Shown: one piece after another, positions 50,083-58,825 of the stretch | Layout of the letters: every line of letters starts with the position of its first letter | Position numbering within the stretch: the stretch's first letter is position 1 | Assembly (NCBI GenBank): GCA_048885535.1 | Contig: JBHLLO010000013.1 | Location: 1-60,459 of the forward strand | Reading direction: 5' to 3' | Length of the DNA: 60,459 nt | Source: Candidatus Hermodarchaeota archaeon | Lineage (GTDB): Archaea; Asgardarchaeota; Lokiarchaeia; Sigyniarchaeales; SOKP01 | Program-made: the position numbers and the translations under genes | Notes under the pieces: model-generated | Seen by the model: the letters and a program-made list of their open reading frames with translations, nothing else | Database searches by the model: none | What the model was told of the DNA's origin: nothing

Positions 50083-51307
50083 AGTTTTTCAATTCAATGG
50101 ATGTAATAAATGTTTTAATGAGACAATTTTATTAAAATCAGATTCAAGCTATAAAATTGGGTTTATATCCAATCCTAGTAATTGGAAAGAAGAGAAAACT
50201 GATATCTCTATAATTACGGGCTATTTGATGCCAGAGGATAAAGATACTTTAGATAAAATCATAAGAAACTCAACGAAGGTAATTGCTTATGGAGATTGTA
50301 CTACCACAGGAGGCGTTTTTGCCTTATCAAATCAACGGGGCCATAATGTAACGCCTTTAAGAAAGTTTAATGAAGGAGTTATGAATGTGTTTGGCTGTTT
50401 AGGTGAAATAGAAGAACTTGAAGCATTACTTAAGGGCAAAGATTTACCAAAATTAAATAATTTATGTATTGTATGCGGAAGAAAGAAAACTTGTGACTAT
50501 TTAGAAGAAGTAAAACGTCAAATAGAATTAGATGACAAAGAGAAGTGTTTTAACGATCTTGGATTCCTTTGTAATGGGTTTATAGCAAAAGAATGTAAAG
50601 AACGCTGTATTGATTACAATGCACCTTGTCGTGGCTGTAAACCAATCGTCGATCGTTCAGGAACTAGAATGCTCGGAATGTTTGGAACATTAATGGGAAA
50701 TATTGAAGTCGCTACAGAGCATTCAGAAAAAGGAGCAACAGATAAACTAGCAGATAATGAAGACGATGTGACTGCAAGTTTACCAGATATTGTTGGTAAC
50801 TTCTTTCGATTTACATTATCCACCTCTGGATTACCTAAAGGTAGAATTAATTCTTCAGGAAGTTTATTGGAAGATGTGTTTACAGGCAGATTAATAGAGG
50901 AATTACCTTTAATTACAGGTTTATTAGGAGGAGATCATTCAATTTCTTTAACTCTTAAAGTCTTAGAGACATATGAACAAGCCAATAATATAGAAGTAAG
51001 TGAGACTACAAAACAATATCGAAAAGAATTATTAGATTTGGAAACCGAATCAATAGAAATAATCGCATCTAGAGACCCCAAAAGGTATAAAGAGGTAACT
51101 GACAAAATACGGAAAATTGCAGGTAATATGAATTTATCTAATCTCTATTATGGTGGATTTAAAGCAAAGATCAATGAGAATGATAATTTTGAAGAATACA
51201 AAACCCATGTTTTTGATGTGGTTGAAGGAACCTATAAAAATGGTTCAATTGAATTCACGATTGATTCAATAGGAATTGTAAAAGAAATAAAAATTAAAGA
51301 GGGATAA
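50072..51307 (+). CDS. Divergent MvhG-like Fe-S protein with C-terminal extension
   Basis: GCNKC, AYGDCTTTGG, FGC, CIVC, CFNDLGFLCNG...C...C....PCRGC. Confidence 0.7.
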   Translation: MDVKVFQFNGCNKCFNETILLKSDSSYKIGFISNPSNWKEEKTDISIITGYLMPEDKDTLDKIIRNSTKVIAYGDCTTTGGVFALSNQRGHNVTPLRKFNEGVMNVFGCLGEIEELEALLKGKDLPKLNNLCIVCGRKKTCDYLEEVKRQIELDDKEKCFNDLGFLCNGFIAKECKERCIDYNAPCRGCKPIVDRSGTRMLGMFGTLMGNIEVATEHSEKGATDKLADNEDDVTASLPDIVGNFFRFTLSTSGLPKGRINSSGSLLEDVFTGRLIEELPLITGLLGGDHSISLTLKVLETYEQANNIEVSETTKQYRKELLDLETESIEIIASRDPKRYKEVTDKIRKIAGNMNLSNLYYGGFKAKINENDNFEEYKTHVFDVVEGTYKNGSIEFTIDSIGIVKEIKIKEG

Positions 51308-51309
51308 AT

Positions 51310-53778
51310 GTGAGTTTTGAATTATTAAGAGCTGAAATTATAGATGCTGGTCTTTGTCAAGGTTGTGGTTTATGTGCGGGATCATGCAAACATATTGAGA
51401 TGGAAGTAAAGCGCCCATCCCTTAAAGATTATTGTATTTTAGAAAGAGATGGTCAAGACTGTGGAAAATGTTATCAAATTTGCCCTCAGGTTATTCAGAA
51501 AAACTTTGAAGAAAGGGAACCATTAGCAATATATTCATTAAGGAGTAAAAATCCTGAAATTCTTTCTAAAGCTGCGAGTGGAGGTTTTATCACCACTTTC
51601 GTTAAGGAACTTCTAGAGGATCAGATGCTAAAAGAGATTGTAATGGTCCAAGAGGAAGAGGAAAAACCTATTGCAGAAGTTGTTTCAAATCCTGATGAAG
51701 TAGTTGAGAAAGCAGGAGTAGTTTATGGTAGATCTGGAGTTTTAGAAAGATTAGTAGAAATTACCGGTGAAACTTTTGATCAAATAGGTATTGTTGGTGT
51801 ACCCTGTGAAATGCGTGGAGCGGCTGAAATCGAAGAGGGAATGAAACGAGATATCCTAAAAATTGGATTATTCTGTAATTCACAAATTCGTACTGAGGAA
51901 ACAGATAAAGGTTTGGTATGTTCTCCATGCTGTAATGGATGTCCTTCGGGAGTTAATGCCCAAGGATATATTTCATTAATACGACAAGGTAAGTATCAAG
52001 ATGCTGTTAATTTAATTAGAGAAAACAATCCATTACCTTCAATATGTGGTCGTATTTGCACTAACGAATGTGAGCATGGATGTACATTGATCGGAGATGA
52101 TCATCCCGTCGCTATTCGAGAATTAAAAAAGTTTGTAACAGAATGGGAGATCGAACAAGCAAAAAAAGATGTAAAAAACATACCAAAATTGAAGAAGAAT
52201 ACCAAAAAAGTGGCAATTATTGGATCTGGTCCCGCAGGTTTGACAGCTGCTTATTATTTGAGAAGAATGGGATACGCACCAACTATTTTTGAAAAAACCG
52301 AACAGACAGGGGGTATGTTACGATTTGGAGTTCCCCAATTTAGATTACCGAACTATGTCTTGGATTACGATGTTGAACGGATAATAGAATCTGGTATTAA
52401 ACTCGAACTGAATAAACCATTAGGACCTGAAATGACCATCGAAGATTTAAAAAATAGTGGTTTTAAGGCAATTTTTATTGCAACAGGTCAATATAAACCT
52501 CGAACGCTACATTTAGAAGGAGAGGAGCTTCCAAATGTATTTGTTGCGATCACTTTTTTAATGGATAGAAAATATCGTTATTGGCAAAATGAAGAAGAAT
52601 TTAAGGGAAAAACTATAGGGATAATTGGAGGTGGCCCTGTTGCTGTTGATGTTGCTCAAACAGCATTAAGGTTAGGTGCAGAAAAAATTCATTTAGTGGA
52701 TATCATGTCAGAAGAACAATTAGAATTAGTTCTAAAGGATATTCCTGAAAATGAAATGCCTTTTATGCTTTATCACTTCAAAACATCTACTTCAAAAATT
52801 ACGCAAAATGATGATGGAAAATTAGTTTTGAATTGTTATAACATAGAATGGGGAAGCCCTGATGAAAATGGCAGGAGACCATTAAATAAAGTTGAACAAT
52901 CGGAATTTGAAATTACTGTTGATGATATCGTAATAGCAGTTGGTCAAGCTGTCGATTTTGACCAGATTGATATTGCTACTAATAATGAATTAGAAAAAGA
53001 ACACAATAAAATCAAGGTAAATGAAATTACTTTTGAGACGAATATCACTGGTGTTTTTGCTGGGGGAGATATTATTAACAACTCCAAAGCAGTGGCTATC
53101 GCCGCAATAGCACATGGAAAAGAAACGGCTATCTCAATTGATAGATATTTAAAAGGAGAGAATTTAATAGATGGAAGATATAAAAAAGCAAATTCATTCT
53201 TCACTGGACCTAAAAAACCTCCAAAAGATTATTCTTTAAAACCAGAATCATTAGAGGAAGCAACTGAAGAAGTAAGTTGGTCTTTTGAAGAAATTGATAA
53301 GATATTTAATGAAGATATGGCTTTACAAGAAGCACGTAGATGTTTAAGTTGTAATCATTTCTGTTCTCACTGTCAAGATTTTCCAGCGATTTACTCAGAT
53401 ATCACTGCGGGGGATGTTGGTTCACAAAAGGGATATACTACAGTTGTAATTTGGACTGAGCGTGGAAAGAATCTTGTCGAAAAAGCTATTGAAAAAGGAT
53501 TATTTGAACAAGGTAAAGTGAATGAAGAAGAACTGAAAACCGCAATCAAATTAAAGTCAAAGAGAGAGCTTATGACTTTTGAAAAGACCCCCAGACAACA
53601 AGTATTAGATTATATCTCGCTACAAGGACCTAGTAGAATAAGTGATATAGCAAAAAAGACTGGAATCGATACAAAGAAGGTTAGATATGAAGCCCTTCGT
53701 CTAGTCCAGTTGATGGAACTAGAAATGAAAGCAGATCCAGAGATGGATGAACCACTATTTTCAATTATATGTGAATAA
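51310..53778 (+). CDS. FrhB/FdhB-like protein with inserted GltD/NfnB-like flavoprotein module and C-terminal winged helix
   Basis: N-terminal ferredoxin, ASGG, GVPC, GLFC (FrhB N); CPSGVN...NPLPSICGRIC, GSGPAG, GGGPVAVD, EARRCLSC (GltD); CSHCQDF...SDITAG...TERG (FrhB C); HTH tail. Confidence 0.85.
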   Translation: MSFELLRAEIIDAGLCQGCGLCAGSCKHIEMEVKRPSLKDYCILERDGQDCGKCYQICPQVIQKNFEEREPLAIYSLRSKNPEILSKAASGGFITTFVKELLEDQMLKEIVMVQEEEEKPIAEVVSNPDEVVEKAGVVYGRSGVLERLVEITGETFDQIGIVGVPCEMRGAAEIEEGMKRDILKIGLFCNSQIRTEETDKGLVCSPCCNGCPSGVNAQGYISLIRQGKYQDAVNLIRENNPLPSICGRICTNECEHGCTLIGDDHPVAIRELKKFVTEWEIEQAKKDVKNIPKLKKNTKKVAIIGSGPAGLTAAYYLRRMGYAPTIFEKTEQTGGMLRFGVPQFRLPNYVLDYDVERIIESGIKLELNKPLGPEMTIEDLKNSGFKAIFIATGQYKPRTLHLEGEELPNVFVAITFLMDRKYRYWQNEEEFKGKTIGIIGGGPVAVDVAQTALRLGAEKIHLVDIMSEEQLELVLKDIPENEMPFMLYHFKTSTSKITQNDDGKLVLNCYNIEWGSPDENGRRPLNKVEQSEFEITVDDIVIAVGQAVDFDQIDIATNNELEKEHNKIKVNEITFETNITGVFAGGDIINNSKAVAIAAIAHGKETAISIDRYLKGENLIDGRYKKANSFFTGPKKPPKDYSLKPESLEEATEEVSWSFEEIDKIFNEDMALQEARRCLSCNHFCSHCQDFPAIYSDITAGDVGSQKGYTTVVIWTERGKNLVEKAIEKGLFEQGKVNEEELKTAIKLKSKRELMTFEKTPRQQVLDYISLQGPSRISDIAKKTGIDTKKVRYEALRLVQLMELEMKADPEMDEPLFSIICE

Positions 53779-53822
53779 ATAGAATTTTATTAAAAATTAA
53801 GAATAAGTTAAGGAGAAAGACC

Positions 53823-54062
53823 ATGAAATTTGATCAAGAATTAAATGTATGTGGATTAGTCTGCCCCGTTCCAGCGCTTAAAACAAAGAAGGAATTAATG
53901 AAAATGCGCCCTGGAACTGTTTTAAAGGTTATTACTGACTATAAACCTGCATCTGAGAGTGTTCCTAGAGATTTAGCGAAACAAACCAAACATAAACATT
54001 TAGGAACAGAATTCATTGATGACGATGAGCTATGGTATATATATTTTGAGGTAGTAAAATAA
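53823..54062 (+). CDS. tusA: Second TusA-family sulfur carrier
   Basis: LNVCGLVCPVP motif. Confidence 0.9.
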   Translation: MKFDQELNVCGLVCPVPALKTKKELMKMRPGTVLKVITDYKPASESVPRDLAKQTKHKHLGTEFIDDDELWYIYFEVVK

Positions 54063-54161
54063 ATATATATACCATAAAATTACTTTTTTTATTTTACTAC
54101 TTTTAAGTTCTAATAATGAAAGAGATTCTTTGAATCAGAAAAAGTCTAATTTAATAAGATT

Positions 54162-54716
54162 TTAGAAAAAAGCATACCCGCAGAAAGTACAATACTGGAT
54201 TGTACCTCTTTCTACTCTAGCACCACAATCCGGGCAATACTTCGGAAGCTCGGAAGGTGAATCTACCGTTGTTTTGGTGTGAGTTGTTGCTGATGATACA
54301 GTCATTATGGGAACATTTTGCACTGGATTAACATTTAACAGATCACCATTCGGTATAATGGATAGATATCCCTTGGCTCTTAAATATAAGACAATATTTC
54401 TCACACTCTTCCATGATAACCAAGTAGTGTTGGCTATTTCCTCGAGAGTAACGTTCGGATCGCCTTGAAATTGCTCAAGAACCAAATTTCTTATCTTATG
54501 ATTAATCTTATTTCTTTTCAGCATGTCCCCGATTTGTCCAAATATAATTAAAAGTCCGAACCCTAACCAAATAAAACCCACGTAATCAGTTCCGAAATTC
54601 CAGAACATATCCATAAACGCAAATATACTCCATATGATGAATAATGTTGCGATGATAAACCCAAAAATGTGCCCTCCATTTGCTAATCTTCTATGATATT
54701 TCATCTTATATCTCAC
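54162..54716 (-). CDS. Two-TM protein with winged-helix-like domain and C-terminal zinc ribbon
   Basis: Two TM helices, 'VTLEEIANTT...VRNIVLYLRAKG', CPDCG...CTFCG. Confidence 0.72.
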   Translation of the reverse strand: MRYKMKYHRRLANGGHIFGFIIATLFIIWSIFAFMDMFWNFGTDYVGFIWLGFGLLIIFGQIGDMLKRNKINHKIRNLVLEQFQGDPNVTLEEIANTTWLSWKSVRNIVLYLRAKGYLSIIPNGDLLNVNPVQNVPIMTVSSATTHTKTTVDSPSELPKYCPDCGARVERGTIQYCTFCGYAFF

Positions 54717-54906
54717 TATTTAATTAATATTTTTCATTTCTTTTTGACTTCTAATTATTCAATTACTAATGGCATATATCAACCTACGTGTTAGAAATTA
54801 TAAAATTTTCAAGATATTCGCGAGAATAATATAAGAGTTTTATAAAATAAATGAAAATTGTAGAAGTATTCAATTAATTTCCGAAAGATATTCAATATTT
54901 CTATAC

Positions 54907-54926
54907 AAAAAAAAAAAAAAAAAAAA
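54907..54926 (-). terminator. Oligo-T terminator
   Basis: A20 on + (T20 on -), 10 nt after the stop of 54937..55338. Confidence 0.55.
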
Positions 54927-54936
54927 TTTGATTAAT

Positions 54937-55338
54937 TTATTGCCATAGTGCTAAAATGATTCCACCAACTAGTAATGCCACTAGATAAGCTCCATATTCT
55001 ATAAAAAATAACTTAATTCCCCTATCGTTAAAGATATTCTGGTTTACAGCAACCATTGCTATAAATCCGATCCACACGAGGAAGCTGAGCAGTAGTGCCG
55101 AGAGTATATCATTCATGCCAGTCAGATCCATAAGAATTTCAAGTATCAGTACTGACACAAAACTGGTAAATACCATTATTATGGTCTCTCTAATTATCTT
55201 TGACTTTTCTACACCTGTTTTTCCTACTAATTTAAGCCATGTATTCCCAAAAATAGGGGGATAATACCAGAAAAAGATAATAAAACAATATATTATAGCA
55301 ATAACAATCACAGCCAACCAATTTATAACTATTGCCAT
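54937..55338 (-). CDS. DUF1761-family membrane protein
   Basis: INWLAVIV...WY.PPIFGNTW, four TM helices, 'LFFIEYG'. Confidence 0.8.
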   Translation of the reverse strand: MAIVINWLAVIVIAIIYCFIIFFWYYPPIFGNTWLKLVGKTGVEKSKIIRETIIMVFTSFVSVLILEILMDLTGMNDILSALLLSFLVWIGFIAMVAVNQNIFNDRGIKLFFIEYGAYLVALLVGGIILALWQ

Positions 55339-55409
55339 TTTTCTTCACGAAAATCAAATTAAATTATCCAAAAATATAATATGAATAAATTAAAAAATAA
55401 AAAAGGAAT

Positions 55410-57233
55410 TTAGTTTTTAATTCTTTTTCTAATACTTATTAATGATATTAATCCAACCATTAGAAAAACGCTGCTGATAATTAAAAATGTATCAAATCCG
55501 GGTATTCCTCCAGGGGAGACTGCTGCAGAAACTAATCTATATTCGAAGATAACTATGCTTTCATCATTTAATAATTGAACTGTTTTTAAAATACCGAGAA
55601 TGGCATCATATGTATATTTTAATTGATAGTCTTCAACGGCAGTATTATTTTGAGTGACAACTAGTCCAGATAACTGACTTCCGGGAGCATAGGAACGTCC
55701 TACTAAATAATAATAAGGCGGAAACGGTGTAACCCACATCCAACCTCCCCAGAATCCATCTTCAGGATCACAATATAGACCAAAGCTCGTGGTATAATTT
55801 GGTTCTGATCCATAACTATGTGAAGTCCAATCCCATACATCAGTATATAAATACCATAGGTTTCCGGATAATAAAATGTCAGTAACATGTCTTTTCATTT
55901 TAACACCAACTTCAGTGCAACCTGGTCCAAAAAAGGATTCTATATCAGTTTCCCAAGTACCTCCTAGTACATTTTCTAACTCGACATCATTTAGTTTGGT
56001 TACTCTCCATTCGAATTCACTTCCAGCGGGAAAGCTAAACTCCATGAGAATTACTTCAAAGATAACTGTACCAAGCGAATTTTTAATTTGGAAAAGATCT
56101 GTCACGCCAAGATCTTCATCAAAAGTGTATATAGCTTCATAAGATTCTACATCAGAACTGGATACTGTTATTGTACTACCTGAAGCACTAGTTCCAGCAA
56201 AATATGAAAGTTCCTCTAAGTATGTCACGACAGGTGTAGGAATCATCCAAACAGATGGATTCCAGGTATTTCCAGTTGGATCCATAGGTAGATTATACCA
56301 AACATCATCTCGATCCGGAACACCACCATGCAATAATTCTTTATCCTTCCAATTCCATCCATCTACATATAATCGATACCAATCAGCAGTAGGATGATTA
56401 AGAACATCTTCTATTTCTATTTTTGACTTATTCCCAGCCTCAGATGGGCTATTTAGTGCCCACCAACAGTATGTATTCAAATCTGTATCCCAATTACCTC
56501 CAAATACATCTCCTAATTCCGCGACATTTAATTCAGTTACAATCCAGTTATAAGTTTCCGCGGTCCAAATTTTCAACTCAAAACCCCATAATTCGAAAAT
56601 AATTGTATCTGCATCGTTCTTAATCACAAAATTCTTGATGACACCTGTATTTACATCATAAATCCAATTTACTTCATAATCAGCTATATCTGTTCCAGTG
56701 TAATTAATAATATTATCATAGGCTGTGAATAATGACGCATAGGACAAATTTGCCAAATATAAATCTACGGGTATTGCTACCATCCATACACTAGGATTCC
56801 AGAGTTCTCCCGAGGAGCTCATAGGGAGGTTATATGTATAATCATCTCTTACAGGAGCTCCAAAAGAAGTGGTTTTATCAATCCAACCCCACCCATCATA
56901 AGTAAATTGCCACCAATCACTCAAGCTAGGATGAACTGTAATATTTTCAATTGCAAATTTGGACTTCTGACCAAGAGCAGCCGGTGCTACATATCCATTC
57001 CACCACATATAATCTCCTACATCAGTTACCCAGTCTCCTCCAAACACATTATTTAATTCAGTAGTATCAAATTCTGTACATACGAATTCAAAATAATCTG
57101 TAATTTCAAATCCAAGAGTATAATCACCCACTGCATTACTCTTAGGAGTATGCGATTCTACTCCTTGAAATATTGCACTTATTAGAAAAAGGTTTAAGAT
57201 TACTATGTAAACTAACCATTTTTTTGATTTCAT
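55410..57233 (-). CDS. Surface protein with three ~185-aa tandem repeats and Loki-CTERM anchor
   Basis: Signal peptide; three 'T.....EL..V[FL]GG.W.TD' repeats; GGIPGF-TM-RKRIK. Confidence 0.85.
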   Translation of the reverse strand: MKSKKWLVYIVILNLFLISAIFQGVESHTPKSNAVGDYTLGFEITDYFEFVCTEFDTTELNNVFGGDWVTDVGDYMWWNGYVAPAALGQKSKFAIENITVHPSLSDWWQFTYDGWGWIDKTTSFGAPVRDDYTYNLPMSSSGELWNPSVWMVAIPVDLYLANLSYASLFTAYDNIINYTGTDIADYEVNWIYDVNTGVIKNFVIKNDADTIIFELWGFELKIWTAETYNWIVTELNVAELGDVFGGNWDTDLNTYCWWALNSPSEAGNKSKIEIEDVLNHPTADWYRLYVDGWNWKDKELLHGGVPDRDDVWYNLPMDPTGNTWNPSVWMIPTPVVTYLEELSYFAGTSASGSTITVSSSDVESYEAIYTFDEDLGVTDLFQIKNSLGTVIFEVILMEFSFPAGSEFEWRVTKLNDVELENVLGGTWETDIESFFGPGCTEVGVKMKRHVTDILLSGNLWYLYTDVWDWTSHSYGSEPNYTTSFGLYCDPEDGFWGGWMWVTPFPPYYYLVGRSYAPGSQLSGLVVTQNNTAVEDYQLKYTYDAILGILKTVQLLNDESIVIFEYRLVSAAVSPGGIPGFDTFLIISSVFLMVGLISLISIRKRIKN

Positions 57234-57396
57234 ATTAAACCCTGTTTTTTATTAAATTGAATTTCTTTAAAAGATAAATAATTATTAAATCACCAGACGA
57301 ATATATAAATATTTATATTCGAATTATGGTTAATGAAATTCAATATTAAGATAAACAGATTAGGCAATTTTTCAAAATAATTATTTCACCTACTTA

Positions 57397-57747
57397 TTAG
57401 AGCCAAGAGATAATTCTTGAATTCGAAACTAGAAGATCAACAAGTTCTTCATATTCAATTTTGCTGATTTTATCCACTATATCATTTGGATTGATTCCAC
57501 GGGCTTTAAGATCGGGAAGAAGAATATAGAAAGAAATTGGTAAATCTAGAAGCGTAGATAATTGGGGATTTACTTCAGGCTTTTTAGTAAGACCTATAAC
57601 GCCATCATGCATAAAAACAAATGTGATCTCTGCTCCCAATTTTTTCTGCTGATATATGATATTGATAAGTTTGATAAAAGGTTTATAACTATTTATACTA
57701 TAGCCAAAAAGGTAAATTATATTTTTAAGGTCTTCCAATTCAATCAC
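57397..57747 (-). CDS. dsrH: DsrH/TusB-like subunit, second copy
   Basis: FMHDGV, DLKARGI, YEELVD...IISW. Confidence 0.85.
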   Translation of the reverse strand: MIELEDLKNIIYLFGYSINSYKPFIKLINIIYQQKKLGAEITFVFMHDGVIGLTKKPEVNPQLSTLLDLPISFYILLPDLKARGINPNDIVDKISKIEYEELVDLLVSNSRIISWL

Positions 57748-57753
57748 ATACTC

Positions 57754-58119
57754 TTAATATTTAAAACAAAAATCATTATCTAATAATAATTCAGAGATAG
57801 TCTTATAATCTATAACCTTTAAGTGTTGATAAGGAATTAAGTCATTTCTGTCAAGATCTAATGCTATAAGATCTTCATGTGCTACTAGAATGGGCAATTC
57901 CGATAATTCAATTAACCTAATCATATCATCAAGCGAATCCATGTTCAAGCCAGAAGGATTTACATTTTTATTAAGAAATAAAATTGCATCTCCTAAAAAT
58001 AATATTTGACAAGCCTCCACATCTCCCATACTTATAATTCCAGCAGCTAGTCTAATTGATTCAACAGCCGAATTTTTTCCAAAGGGAGAATCTTCACAAA
58101 TAATTAATATTGAAGTAAT
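57754..58119 (-). CDS. dsrF: DsrF/TusC-like subunit, second copy (probable ATT start)
   Basis: Frame extends 30 codons above the annotated ATG: ITSILIICEDSPFGKNSAVESIRL, aligning with the paralog INSVVIISDQSPVGKNSAIEALRL; GGAGGTGA 6 nt upstream. Confidence 0.8.
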   Translation of the reverse strand: MTSILIICEDSPFGKNSAVESIRLAAGIISMGDVEACQILFLGDAILFLNKNVNPSGLNMDSLDDMIRLIELSELPILVAHEDLIALDLDRNDLIPYQHLKVIDYKTISELLLDNDFCFKY

Positions 58120-58125
58120 ATTTCT

Positions 58126-58503
58126 TCACCTCCCTGGTCCAAAAAATATAACTCGATCAGAATTACCAATTAATTCTGAAAGACCACCTAATCCATCTAA
58201 ACATGCATTCTCGATAAAATCTGATTCTTTTAATCCTGTTATACTTACCCAGGTACTACATGCAGCTACATTAGCATTACTTTTCTCAATGAATTCTTGA
58301 AGCTTTTTCGGTAAATCTCGAATTGAACTAAATAGTTTCCTATTTTTGTGAATGTTATATACCCCACTCCCAATGAAGAAAATACCTAATACCTGATGTC
58401 CTTTTTTAATAATAGCTTCTCCTAGATTAATCACTGTATCCATTGCTTCATATTTATATGGTTCAGCAGCAATGATAAAACAAAACTTTAGCATATTAAA
58501 CAC
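58126..58503 (-). CDS. dsrE: DsrE/TusD-like subunit, second copy
   Basis: AEPYKYEA, GHQVLGIFFIGSGV, VAACSTW, GLGGLS. Confidence 0.85.
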   Translation of the reverse strand: MFNMLKFCFIIAAEPYKYEAMDTVINLGEAIIKKGHQVLGIFFIGSGVYNIHKNRKLFSSIRDLPKKLQEFIEKSNANVAACSTWVSITGLKESDFIENACLDGLGGLSELIGNSDRVIFFGPGR

Positions 58504-58630
58504 CTTGCTTTATAAAACAATTTCCGGCAATTGAATTATTCAAACTATCTTAGGAAAAATTCGAAAGATTTTTATTTCAAATTAATAATGTAACTTTTAA
58601 ATATTTTCAGATAACTATTTATTTAAAGTT

Positions 58631-58681
58631 ATGGCAGCTCTAAGAATTATATCTTGGCAGTGGCCTTGGCATTGGCAATAA
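58631..58681 (+). CDS. Putative Trp-rich leader peptide (trpL-like uORF) MAALRIISWQWPWHWQ
   Basis: ATG GCA GCT CTA AGA ATT ATA TCT TGG CAG TGG CCT TGG CAT TGG CAA TAA; four TGG in seven codons directly upstream of trpB2; TTTTAAATA at 58595-58603. Confidence 0.7.
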   Translation: MAALRIISWQWPWHWQ

Positions 58682-58825
58682 AGCCAATTGCATCAGTTAT
58701 TATTTCGATTTATTTTTTCTCTTTACTATTCTGCTTTTAAATATTAATCTTTCTTTCTAAGTGGGCATTAATTATATTGATTTCCAATTTTTTAATGATA
58801 CACATCTTAAGATGTGAAAAAGTAA

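Noticed and set aside
54162-55338. Possible horizontally acquired patch (looks slightly richer in C/G)
   Set aside because: Impression only, not quantified; no integrase, terminal repeats or target duplication seen.
57330-57396. SD-like AGGTGA followed by a mini-ORF MKNCLICLS on the minus strand after dsrH copy 2
   Set aside because: Nine codons only; cannot be distinguished from chance or a decayed gene start.
58126-58128. Sec insertion at the in-frame TGA between dsrE and dsrF copy 2
   Set aside because: The position is a linker, not a conserved Cys site. The paralogous genes are separate, I saw no convincing SECIS, and the TGA is part of an SD motif, so an ATT start explains it better.
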